From Octopus vulgaris (Eukaryota), in assembly GCA_951406725.2 (NCBI GenBank), contig OX597829.1, positions 55,490,001 through 55,554,000 of the forward strand: a DNA stretch of 64,000 nucleotides, written 5' to 3'. This document shows, one piece after another, positions 51,451 to 64,000 of the stretch (its first letter is position 1; each line of letters opens with the position of its first letter). Under the pieces are notes generated by a model. The model searched no databases, was not told where the DNA came from, and worked only from the letters and a program-made list of their open reading frames with translations. Both the position numbers and the translations under genes were made by a program.

Positions 51451-54400
51451 ATTTATATATTCAAACATAAAGAGAATCCCTTTATTGCCAGTAGAAGTAA
51501 TAGCTCAGTCTATTAGGTTGCCTAGGTAACAGAAGCAATCAATTTATTTCTATAGAAATGGACTTCATATGTCTACCTGCCTATATACATCTTGTACACC
51601 CATAGTTCATATAAGTGTGTCTCTGGGTGTGAAAATAAAAATTTACTTTGAAACTCATTCAGTAACTCCTCTCTCCTATCTCACGTATCTTCCTCATCTT
51701 TCTCACCCTCCTACTTATGATTACCATCAATATTTACCTACTTACTTGGTAAATGCTAACAATAATGGTAATGAGGTCTACTATTTGGCCCAAAGCCATT
51801 TCTCTTGATTTTGTATCCTCACACATATAAGATCTAACATCATTAAGTCTATCCACATCACTTCTACTATCTACATTTCATCTTTTATGCAAGTTAAGGC
51901 TGCACATCCAAGCAGATCATTTTCAAATCATTTATTTTCATACTCTACAGAAAGCAGGTCTCAGGAGTTTCAAAGCCTAAATCTCACTCTCATGTGACAT
52001 AACCCTTCTTATGTTTTTGACATAATATGTATATAAGATTTTAAAAAATCCTTTGTTAACAACAAGAACAACAACTCTTTGAAGCTCTCTCCCCCACATT
52101 TCTCACTTTAGCTCTATGCATTTACTCTGTTTACCTTCAGTACTAATTATGTTATCTTCATGAAACTGTCTACCCTTCAAGAGAATCATTTGAGGATTTC
52201 CTAGACTTCATTTTATGGATGTTCCTCTTGCCATCTACCCATTTACATTCGGTTTATCTGAGTGACTGGTTCTCTTTTAATCTGCTATATCAAGCAAGGA
52301 TCCCTCCAAGATGGCACTGGTATCTTGATTATCCTGTTTCTTATCAGAATTATAGTCTTTCTTGTATTGACCATTAATTCCTGGGAGTACAGATTATTCT
52401 ATTAGTTAGACATTTTCTAAAGATTTTTCAATAGATTCTGCAATGAGAATCAAGTCATGATCACATGACATTTCCAAAATGTATGCAATTCTGGTGTCCT
52501 TAAAGATTATGAAGATTTCGAAGATTGTGACAGCATAGGTGAAGAATACCCTCATATCTAATGAATTTAAATTGTACACTGAATGAAGGAGTCCTGAACT
52601 CCCTCAAGTCACTTGTGAACCGATTATCTTATTGTAATTTTCTCATCACCCACCTGAGTACAGATCAGGGATCTCTGTTCACTTGTCTTGAAAAAGAACT
52701 CTTGCAGCTATATTTCTAAATATATGACACCTGTGTTGCCATATTCTGTTCCAATCCTAAACAGTGTGTTGCCCAAGCTGATTATATCTGGTGATGACTT
52801 TACATACCATATTCTCAGTTTCCATCCTAATTTAATTACTCAATCCATAAATATAAGACTTCTATAATTACTTCTCTCTGGAACATCATATTCACTTTTG
52901 TGGCTTTTGATGTTGGCATTACCAAACCAGTCATTAGGAATTAGAAGTAATTCCTATGGTATTGATTTAATCTGATGATTTTAGTGCCTCAGTATTGATC
53001 TCTTCAATATGAAAGATCAATAAATAGAACAATAAAATATTTATTGACAAAATTTCACAATATAGTAGGTGGTGGCTAATACTCTTGAAATAAATATTGT
53101 ATTGGTACCATGAGTGCTGTTTGTACCAGTCGTCTGTTTGGACACACGTGAATTTAACATAATGATTGAAATAGCAGAACTAACCTAGAAATATCAAGTT
53201 CTGAAGTTATTGAAGATAAAGGTAAATGGTTCAGTGAGATAAAATGTAAAAAAAATTTTAAAAAAATGAAAAAAAAAATGAACTTTCTTCAAGCAGTCCA
53301 AATTCATGAAAAAGTCTAAAAAGAATCTGATATTTTCCTTTATAACTGAAGATACTTCAACTGATTACTTAAACTTAGCTTTCATACATGTATTGGCTGC
53401 TGTTGCTGTTGTTAAAAAGCCTCTTTTGAGTTCTGATGAAATAATCTTTCTTCAGAAAAGCATTTTTACAAAATTATCTTATATTGACCTCACATATATG
53501 AAAGTTAAATATGAATACAAAGTATTATTAAGCCCTATACTCTTTGGACACCATTTAATCAGATTAATTAAGAAATATTTCTTGGTTAACCAATAAAATG
53601 TTCGAGGGTAACATTTAGCTGTTATCTTTAAAAAACTGTGTTATTGACATAGAAATCTTTTTATATGTTGGAAGCAAATTTACTCTCATGGCAAGAATAA
53701 AAGAAATTTGAAAGTAAAATAATAAACAACATTTTCTTCACCGGATTTCGCCCATAATTAGTGAAAGTAATTAATTTAAAAACAACAAACTTGTTTTCTG
53801 AATGAAATTTCAAATCTTTATATTTCTCCAAACTGAATTGATATTTAATCTAGTTTTAATGTAGACTTTACCTGTATATATATATATTGATTTTTAAATT
53901 ATATTTTGGTTAAAATAAGCTATCTGATATCCAAAATTTAAACCAGAATCTTAATTTCATTGAATGTCTGTGTAAATATGTGTATAGATATTGGTGTGTG
54001 AAAATCTGAACTCACTGAGATTTCAAGTGAAATGACAAGTTTTCTTCCTGCATGTTGTTGACTTTTCTTAAAACAGTTAATAATAATTTTTTTCTTTGAA
54101 TTCTATGAAATGTTTCCTTCATAACCGAAATGAAAACAAAATGTTAACACTTTAAGCAATTCTCTGATTTTTAACGAATTTTTCAAGTAAATGTTCTTTT
54201 TTTTATCTTTATCATTATCTCATAATATATTGCCATAATATATTTCAGGAATGTCTTGCCCAGGCATATATATTAATGTATAAATAACTTAGTTATTAAG
54301 AAATACTGTGAATTAATTGATGCTTTGCATTTTCATTATGTTGATGAATTCATCCAAACATGATATTGTTTGGTTTAAGAGTTCTTTCCGTTTCAACAAG

Positions 54401-55596
54401 CTGAAGTACTCTCCAGTTAATTACTCCCCAGATAACGACTTCACATCATAAAACTCAGTAATTTACATTTCTTTCAAGCAGATTGATTCTTTTTGAAGTT
54501 TCCTTGTAAACTTAGCTTTAGTAATACTTGTATTTTTTTTACTTTGAATAGAAGACACAGTGTTTTATTACTTCAGTGTCAAAAGAGTATATTAATATAT
54601 TTGTGTTCTTTTTATTCATTTTTATTGAATAATCAAAACATTGCAAAAAATCAAAGAAAAATCACATTCCGAAACAAATACATAAATTCCAGTAAACATT
54701 TTTTTTTCTCTTGATAATATGGGATTTATATTTTCTAAATAATATGATTTAAGGAAATTTGTTCTACAAAAGCTTCCAGCTCTTTGAAAACTATCAAATT
54801 TTATACATTTGTTTTATAAAGGAAAGCCATAATCCTTATTCTATCTATTTGACCGTAATACATTTCTCGATTGGTAAATTATTCTCAATCATTCAATACT
54901 TAGCGGCATGTTCTGATTCTTTCTTCTATGTCATGTGATTTGTGATTCTCTTCTCCAATATTTTAGCATGCTTATTCTTCACTACTGTGATTGTATAATA
55001 CAAAAATGTACGGTAACTCTAAAATTTCTCTTTTACTGATAGAACTTTCCAATTCATCGCTTACATTTATTTGTTCCAATAATTATGAGTGAATCATTTG
55101 TTTTATCGAAACAAATAACATCATGATAACAACAAAAATGAATACTTCTGCGATAACAACTTTCTCTTCATCCTAACAACTTTTAACACGACATGTCATT
55201 GCCACATTTCTTCAAATGCTGGCAACAACATCGCATAACCCTTTCCAAATAACTCTTGCAATGAAAAAAAGAAAAAAATGTCTGAAAATGGGAATGATTG
55301 ATGGTTTGTGAAGTTGTTTGAAACACATTTAAAGAATAAATCTGAAGAGGTAGGTGTGTGTATATGTGTTATATATGTAAATGATATATTCATCTATATA
55401 TATGTATGTATGTATGTATATTTTTATATATGTGCATTGTATTAGATTATATATATATAGATATGTATATATATATATAGATATCTATGTATATATACAC
55501 ACATACATACATATGTATGTATGTATCTATGATATATATATGAATGTACATAAATTTATACATGAACATATGCATGTATGTGCATCTATGTACATG

Positions 55597-55643
<47 letters not shown>

Positions 55644-55704
55644 ATATAAATATATATGTATAATAAATAGACTGACAGAAGCAGTATTAATACCAAAATA
55701 TAAA

Positions 55705-56345
55705 ATATTCACCACTTAAAAGTGGATGTTGTGTTAGAACACACAGATACTGTAATACTTTCCTTGAGAGAAAAACTCTCTTATGGTTTTTTTGAGGGCA
55801 TAAAAGCACATCATAGTTATTGCCAGTGGCAGACAATCACAGTTACTTCCACTGCCAGGACTACCAGATCACGAGATTTTGGCCTCATTTGACCTTGTCA
55901 ATAGTATATACTTGACCACTAGAAATAGAAGAAACTGTTGCGCTAACAATATACATAGAAACACAGAGCTCTATCAGGCACTGGTCTTATTATATAAAAA
56001 AAACAAAACAAATAAAGTGACAAAAGCAGTATAAATATCAAAATTCCTCAAGCTTTTAATGACACCAGTGCCTGATTGGGCTCTGTGTTTCTATGTATAT
56101 TGCTAGTATAGCAGTTATTGCTATTTCTAGCAGCCAGGTATCTACCATTGACAAGGCCAAAAGAGGCCAAAATCACATGATCTGGTATTCCTGGCAGTGG
56201 AAGTGGCTGTGATTGTCTGCCACGGGTAATAGCTATGATATGCTTTTATGCAGTGATAAACAATATGGGAATATTTCTCTCTTGGTAAATATTGCAGTAC
56301 TTGTCTGCTCTAAAATAACATCCACTTTTAAGTGGTGAATAATTT
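55705..56345. mobile_element. About 285-bp inverted repeat (PLE-like pLTR pair) with mirrored decayed hammerheads
   Basis: About 55705-55988 is the reverse complement of about 56060-56345. Plus strand 56143-56187: tacca TTGACAA GGCC aaaaga GGCC AAAA TCACATGA TC tggta. Mirror copy at 55862-55906. Confidence 0.7.
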
Positions 56346-56546
56346 GTTTATACACACACATATATATATACACACATACACATATACACATTATATATAT
56401 ATAAACATATATATATATATATATATATGATGTGGCACTGAAAATGTAATAAAGGCATTTCAAAATAAACTATTCTCTTCTATACAGAAGCATGATATTC
56501 TATTGCACGTCTAAATAAAACTTTAAGTGTGTGTGTGTGTGTGTGT

Positions 56547-56577
<31 letters not shown>

Positions 56578-56690
56578 GAGTTTCTCAGATTGGAACCTGG
56601 TGCAGCCTCCTGGCTTGCTACTCAGTCAAACCGTCCAACCCACGCCAGCATGGAAAGTGGATGTTAAGCGATGATGATGATATACACACA

Positions 56691-56742
<52 letters not shown>

Positions 56743-56784
56743 CTTACATTAGAATCACATATACATGAAAGTGTGTAATAAGCA

Positions 56785-57700
56785 TGAGGTGGTATCAAAA
56801 AGTTCCCAGACTAGTTCTGTACCATGCCAACAGATGGCAGCACATGGTTGCATGTGCAGTGAAAGTAAGAAAGATTCTTTCATGAGGCAATGTTCCAAAT
56901 GACATCACTGTGTTTACTTAGCAAGTTGTGAAATTTGGTTTTTAGTGATCCTGTGTATGCTGTGTTTGTCTGTGATTTTTGTCATGGATAGGATCAGAGA
57001 GCCAATGTGATATTTTGCATTAAATTTCGGAAGTCTGCTACAGAAATGTTGACCATGCTTCAGCAAATTTATGGTGATGAGCCAATGGATTGTACACAAT
57101 GTTTTGAGTGATACAGGTGCTTCAAAAGTGGAAAAATGTCCCTCAAAGATGATGAGTGATCTGGAAGACCTGCCATGAGCATCACCCCTGGAAATGTGGT
57201 GTTGTGCACTGAAAATCCACCCTCCAGGGCCATACCATCAATCAAAAGTCCTACCGTGACATTTTGAAGCATTTGAGAGGGGAGATTTGACAAGGGCAAC
57301 TAGATTTGTGGTGTGCAAAGAATTGGATTCTTCATGATGACAATGCACCTGGTCACCAAACTCTCCTCGTCAGTTTCTCACCAAAGACAACATGGTATCA
57401 CTTCCACACCCACCCTATTCACCAGATTTAGTACCTGCAGACTTCCATCTCTTCCTCAAGATGAAAATGCAGCTCAAAAGGTCGCTGTTTTAACACTGTT
57501 GTTCAGATCCAGAGTGAATCACAGGAGGTCCTTGACTCACGGAAAATGACTTCCAGGGCCAATTCCAAAAGTGGCAGGAATGCTGGGACAGGTTTGTTGC
57601 TGTGCAAGGTGACTATTTCGAGGATGATGATGTTGAAACTTACGTTTAATAAAAAACAACTTACTAACCAAACTAGTCTGAGAACTTTTTGATACCCCTT
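56785..57700 (+). mobile_element. Internally deleted, frameshifted mariner transposon
   Basis: TIRs gaggtggtatcaaaaagttcccagactagtt and aactagtctgagaactttttgatacccct. Remnants of QRANV.FC.K..KSATE...MLQQ.YGDE, WILHDDNAPGH and HPPYSPDL.PADFHL. Confidence 0.9.
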
Positions 57701-59042
57701 TATATATATAGATCTGACTGGACTGGTGCAGCTTTCGGGCTCCCCAGACCCCAGTTGAACCGTCCAACCCATGCTAGCATGGAAAGCGGATGTTAAATGA
57801 TGATGATGATGATGATGATATACTGGGAAAATATCAACAAATTTCCCAGTGTAGATCAAACCATAAATCTCCTACAATCTAAGTCAGTATACTATTCTAC
57901 ACTTTATTTTTTTACCTTCTTTTAGTCATATGTTGGGACATGATAACCATTTTGCTCTAGAGGTATCGACATTCTTATAAGAGGCAGATTGAGATCTGGC
58001 CATTGGGCCACTAATACCTAGAGACACATTGTGATAATTTCTGCATTCGTTCTTTGAATGTCTTATCACAGAGAAAGTCTTTTGTACAATAACTTTTGAT
58101 CTCATTTCACATTGGTAAAACTACTATGAATTTATTTCTGTTTAATGTAATTTAATTAACTACTTCTCATTTAATATCTGTTGGCTCAAGCAATATGCCC
58201 ATGTTTTAATCCTATACTTGATTAAAAAGCAATTATATAGGCATTATTGAATTTTTTAAATTGTTATTTATAGAATGATCAAATTCTTCTCAATATCTTC
58301 TGCACAAAGTCTTTCTGGAACTGATTTGAGCTGTTCCTTATTTTTCCCTTTGAAGTATTTTTTTAATAATACATATGGATTAATATTGATTAAATTCAGT
58401 TGTTGTTGTTATTATATATATTATAAATTGATTCTAGAAGAAATTTTTAAGAGCATGGTTGTGTGATTAACAAATTCAAATATCAACAAAATGATTTCAG
58501 TTTTGATTCCACAGAATGGTACCACGGGCAAGTATCTTCAACTATAGCCTCTGTTTAACTGATAGTTTGTGACTAGATTTGAAAGACAGTGCCAAACATC
58601 AAATATATCTATATACATTCATTCATTTTCAATGTCTATTTTTCCAAGTTAGCATGGGGCTGGATGAATATATTTTTAAGGCATTGTTTTATATCAAGAT
58701 GCTCTTTCTTATGCTAACCCTTATTTGTTTTTAAATAATGATCTCTTATTTCATACAGCTTCGAAGGCATGGAGCAAGCAGGCATTTTATTTACAGGAGA
58801 AAACTGTGTGAATGTCCTGATTTTGGAATAAACAAGTACCAACAAACACATACACACACCCATGCACATATACGTGCACACACACACACACACATACACA
58901 AGATATTTAAAAGACTTTGCAAAACATAATTGATACTGTCACAATATTTAAAGAAAGATTTTTCGTAAAAGTTATTAATTATCTAAAAAGAAAAAAAAAT
59001 CAGAATGTTACAAGCCTTTGGAGAAGTTTTGTATTATTTACA

Positions 59043-59281
59043 TTATTTACATTTGACAGATATTTGTCCTCATATTGTTTTGGCTGATATCCCCTCCAGC
59101 CTTCATCAGGTGCCTTGGGAAAATTTCGAACCTGGAGTTCTCATTCCTAAGGTATTTTTCAATGTTATTGTTGTTGTTGATGTTGTTAATATTATTATTA
59201 TTATTATTATTATTATATGGTGTAGCGGTTAAGAGTGTGGGCTACTAACCTAAAAATTCTGAGTTTGATGCCAGGCAGTGA

Positions 59282-59325
<44 letters not shown>

Positions 59326-59462
59326 TCGAAAAATACCTTAGGAATTAGAATCCAAGTTCGAAATTTCCCCAAGACACCTGATGAAGCTGGAGGGTATATC
59401 AGCCACAATGTTGCGTTAACAACAAACAAGATGAGGACAAATATCCATCAAATGTAAATAAT
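59043..59462. mobile_element. Inverted hammerhead-bearing arms flanking a tRNA-like segment
   Basis: About 59043-59170 is the reverse complement of about 59318-59462. Each arm has CTGATGA A(G)GCTG..CAGCC with decayed GAAA. The centre 59217-59282 is tRNA-like, between (ATT)n and (AAT)n. Confidence 0.7.
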
Positions 59463-59506
59463 TTCTCATCTCTTAAATATAGTACTGTAAGTTTTGTATT
59501 GTGCAT

Positions 59507-59883
59507 AAGCATTTCATTGTTCAATTTTCCAAATACACATATTCTGACCTAAATCGTACAGAGGAAGTTCTTTTTAGAAATGGTGTTAAACAATTTCTGG
59601 TTTAGCTATGGATTTTGAATTCTTATTAAATATTATTCTTAAGCCTTTTTTAGTTGATCATTTTTCATCTTTTATTCTATAAAACGGGAATTCAAAATAT
59701 TCCCTTTTTATAGAATAAAAGATGAAAAATGATCAACTACAAAAGGTTTAAGAATAATATTTAATAAGAATTCAAAATCCATAGCTAAACCAGAAATTGT
59801 TTAACACCATTTCTAAAAAGAACTTCCTCTGTACGATTTAGGTCAGAATATGTGTATTTGGAAAATTGAACAATGAAATGCTT
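59507..59883. repeat. Near-perfect palindrome with 185-bp arms and 7-nt loop
   Basis: 59507-59691 is the reverse complement of 59699-59883, with 3 mismatches seen by eye. Loop tcaaaat. Confidence 0.92.
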
Positions 59884-59926
59884 TAATCTTTTCCAAAGGC
59901 TAATGAGGTTTTTTTTTTATATATAC

Positions 59927-60086
59927 AGGTGCAGGCATGGCTGTGTATTAAGAAGCTTGCTTCCCAATCACATGGTTGTGGGTTCAGTCCCACTGTTTGG
60001 CACCTTGGGCAACTGTTTTCTATAGCATCAGGCCAACCAAAGCCTTATGAGTTGATTTGGTAGACAGAAACTGAAAGAGGGCCATT

Positions 60087-60128
<42 letters not shown>

Positions 60129-60360
60129 TCATGTGTGCATGTGTGTGTCTGTGTTTGTCCCCCCACCACTGCTTGACAACCGGTGCTGGTGTGTTTATGT
60201 CCCCATAACTTAGCAGTTAGACAAAATAGACCAATAGACTAAGTACCAAGCTTTGAAAAATAAAAAAAATGTACTGGGATCAATATATTCCACAACAAAT
60301 TCTTGAAGGCAGTACCCCAGTATGGCTGCAGTCTAATGACTGGAGCATGTAAAAGATAAA
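59927..60360 (+). mobile_element. SINE family A, near full length
   Basis: aggtgcaggcatggctgtgt...ctaatgactggagcatgtaaaagataaa. Confidence 0.85.
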
Positions 60361-60449
60361 ATATATATATATTTAAGACTGTCACTTATAAGAACCTACA
60401 GTTTACAGTCTTATGAACAAGAACTGATGGATCACTTTATTCCTTAATT

Positions 60450-60808
60450 CCTTTCAGTCATTTGACTGTGGCCATGCTGGAGCACTGCCTTTAGTTGAAC
60501 ACATCGACCCTAGGACTTATTCTTTGTAAGCCTAGTGCTTATTCTATTGGTCTCTTTTTCTGAACTGCTAAGTTACAGGGATGTAAACACACCAGCATCA
60601 ATTTCCAAGCGATGTTGGGGGGACAAACACAAACATACATATATATATACATATATGACAGGCTTCTTTCAGTTTCCGTCTACCAAATCCACTCACAAGG
60701 CTTTGGTTGGCCAAAGACACTTGCCCAAGGTGCCACACAGTGGGACTGAACCCAGAACCATGTGGTTGGTAAGCAAACTACTTACCACACAGCCAGTACT
60801 GCACCTAT
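60450..60808 (-). mobile_element. SINE family A, near full length, inverted relative to its neighbour
   Basis: tttcagtcatttgactgtggccatgctggagcac...cttaccacacagcca. Confidence 0.85.
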
Positions 60809-62941
60809 GATATTTTTTTTAATGTTTGATTAGTGGTACCATGGAATTACAATAAAAGTCAAGAAAAGTAGCATTGCTTTTAAATTCTTATGGAAATTGT
60901 TAGCAAAATATCTTTCCAGAATTAACATCATATTGTTTCACAGCCAAGGATTATGGGAACGATTTAAATATTTTGGAAAAAAAAAATCTTTGGAATTCAA
61001 ACTGAGAATTTCCAAGCAAGAATTTTGCTGTACAAATAATATAGTTTTGTCAGTGTCAGGAATTTTAGAGCAGAATCATTCAGGACTGATTGACTCACAT
61101 AAAAACACAAAAAATTTGAACAGCTTGGCATAAATTTCTTAGCCTCAGTGTTAAATAGCAAATGATTGTTCTTCATACACCAAACTTTTTTGCAGGATTA
61201 TAACACTATTTTTTACTGTAAGGTAATGAAAGCAATCTATCATCTAAAGAAAGATGTTTGGGTAGATTTTGTTGCAGCCTTTGAAAAACACATGATAGGT
61301 TACACGAGGGAAACTCTTCCATTAACCATTAGAGAAGAAAATATGGGCATGTTTGATACAAACTTTTGTTGAAATGGATTTCAGCACTAATATTTTCTTT
61401 TAATGTATATAATAAATTTTATAGATTTAAGTATTTTTTTTATTGATTACTAAAATAAAAAGAAAACATTCTTGTATTTTACTTTCTTAATTTGTTATAT
61501 AGAGCCTCAAATTTCAGTAGCAGTCATGTGGTATATGTTTGTGAGTGCACATGTGCACACACATGGATATATGTTGTACACACATACACACAAACACATA
61601 AATTTCAATCTGATATACTGAATATACAACTAATAAAGGCCTCCCATGTCTAACTGAATTTCATTAGTAACTTTAGCTGTGCAGAGAAAGGCTTTATTCA
61701 CTTTAATGTTTAACAACACAATACATCAAACCTTAATCCATCTATTGAGGAGAATTAAAATCAGAGACTCTTTAACTCATAATGCTTGTTTGAAAATAAG
61801 GTTATATGAGGAAGAAGGCAGAAGGAAAATTTACTGTTTTTAGGTTAAATTTTTGAAATTAATTTGTTAATTATCTGATTTCTTTGAATATTAATACTTT
61901 GAAATAAGGCAGCCACCTGGCAGAATCGTTAGCATGTTGGACGAAATGCTTAGCAGTATTTTGTTCATCTTCATGTTCTGAGCATGAATTCTACTGAAGT
62001 TGACTTTGTCTTTCATCCTTTTCAAGTTCATAAAATAACAGAACTGGGGTTGATGGAATCAACTTCCCAACTTCTTTGAAGTTACTGGCCTTGTGCCAAA
62101 ATTTGAAACCAATATTAATATATTTGAAACTTTAAGAGTATTCTTGGATGAGATACCATTTTATTTTTTACTGTAAAAATTAATGTGTTACCTAAGTTTA
62201 CTTATATACAACTAAACACATTTCTCTGCATCTTCATTGTGCAATACAAGATCTGCAGAAGAGAATGGTTTTTGCACCAGAAGGCATCTCAACAAAATTT
62301 AACTGTTCATAATTAATTCAGGCCAAATTCTAAGTTTAATTGGTAATTAGGGTCTGATTCTGTTCCCAACGATGACTTCATTACTACTTTTTAATATTAA
62401 CTTGATGGACATGTATAATATGAAATATTTTACAGATTTTAACCATTAGTGTCTAGCATGTCTATGTATGTATTTTTGGAACATACACCCAAATCATGTG
62501 AAAGAATATATAAATATTTTATTGAAGAAATAAGATTTGTTCAGGACTGCTTCAATACTTAATGTATCTCATCTGTTCCACAAGTTCAACATCATGTACT
62601 GACTACTTAGTTTTTTTAAGACTATACACTTATGTGTGTGTGGTGTGTGTGTGTGATGGACCCTTCTGTTGTAATTGACAGATGAGGGATATATTGATTC
62701 ACTCCCTCTCTCAAATCAACATTGCTTTTATGTACGCACTGTGCACCACATATTAAACGTCAAAGTCATCACACAGCAACATGAAATGGAATGATTTGCC
62801 CAAGAACACAATACAATACCCAGTTGAGAAATTAAAACAACTATCTCATGACTATGATATATGCTAACCACTAGGTCATGAGCCTTCACAAATATAGAAT
62901 CCATGTTGGCATTGAAGAAGGACATTAAAATGATGATGATG

Positions 62942-62972
<31 letters not shown>

Positions 62973-63152
62973 CATCTGGAATGGCTGGATAACTGAAGAG
63001 ATGGTGGTGTGGATTTCCACCTTGGCATCCGAAACTCAGAGTTTTACCTTGGCTACCGAATAATTGTCACATATTACAGTTACAGATAAATTCCTCAATT
63101 TTCATAATATTGAGGTCTCTTTCTTTCTTTTGTTATCTTACTGTTTTTACCA

Positions 63153-63192
<40 letters not shown>

Positions 63193-64000
63193 TAAAGCAG
63201 TATGTGTAGTTAACATAGGTACAATGCCAATTATTTAAAAAAAGTATAGAGGAACAATTAAATCAAAATACTCAGTACTTTGATTCCAGAAATATAAATG
63301 GTAAAGACAACTTTAACAAGATTTGAATCTAAAGAGCTGGAAGAGAATGTGCAAGATATTTTTCGTTAATGCTTTAACGATTCAGTCAACCTGCCATCTG
63401 TTTTTCTGTTAATCTATAATTTAATATTTGAGTGTGTATGTATGTATGTATGTATGTATTTATATATATCTTGATCACTCTATGTTACCAGAACATAAAA
63501 ATACATCGAGAGACATAATATATTCTACATTACATTTTCAGTAATCACAACATCACAGTGTAGGTATTTCTACTTAAATTTTACCATATAAACAATTTCT
63601 ACATTCGTATTATTATTATATAAGCACCTACATCACTACCACTATATAAGCTCATTATACACCCATATCACTTCTACATTCACACTTTTGTCTTATGAAA
63701 TTAACATTTATCTACTTTCTGTTTCCTTGAAAGCTGCTGTTTACCTTGATGTTAGCCTTGATCGAACAGGCTCAAAGTCCCACCAGCTATGAACATTCTG
63801 TTTTTTTATTATTATTATTATTATTATTTTAGGTGTCATGTATCTCAGACTGTACCATCTGATGTCTCCATTGTTAAGCCCATAAGGTGTAGTTTGAAGG
63901 AGATTTGGATGCTACTTGTAGCAGTTTGAGTGACCATATGGACATTTCTCCCTGTTGGTTTGTTTTCAAACCTGTTATTTCAGTTGCTATTTTATCATAC

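Noticed and set aside
51750-52870. Possible ancient LINE RT remnant
   Set aside because: The composition is suggestive, but no motif could be read with confidence.
59217-59282. Functional tRNA gene (also the SINE heads)
   Set aside because: Acceptor and T stems do not close and the B box is degenerate, so these are tRNA-derived heads only.

Overview
This is AT-rich, microsatellite-laden eukaryotic DNA. The SINE and MITE families look like those of octopus genomes; the taxon is inferred, not proven. Most of the window appears intronic to one + strand gene, a nidogen/entactin-like NIDO-domain protein. Four phase-compatible exons are visible: 13867-14069, 22632-22723, and two 24-nt phase-1/1 microexons at 37884-37907 and 48348-48371. 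Together they read TNTFQVVIASSGDDSFVLFNYDDKIQWIKGEGKGPHPDPPAQMGFDSGAGHYQRLPYSGSDEAANVANYSNIGVKGQYLYHISDKYGKQIRGPPEKEEIEGSGTDTPIYSGEIP. The rest is transposon debris: CR1, RTE and R4/Dong-like LINE remnants, Penelope-like remnants, four SINE families, mariner, hAT, pogo/Tigger and TTAA MITEs, and a Helitron. Nearly all ORF-track ORFs are spurious. The most notable observations are (1) the Ser-Gly-encoding microexons, (2) about a dozen hammerhead-ribozyme-like motifs, several inside inverted repeats and three with intact catalytic cores, (3) a near-perfect 185-bp-arm palindrome in a cluster of fold-back units, and (4) a possible HDV-like fold in an RTE-derived element. Repeat boundaries are approximate unless TSDs or TIRs are quoted.
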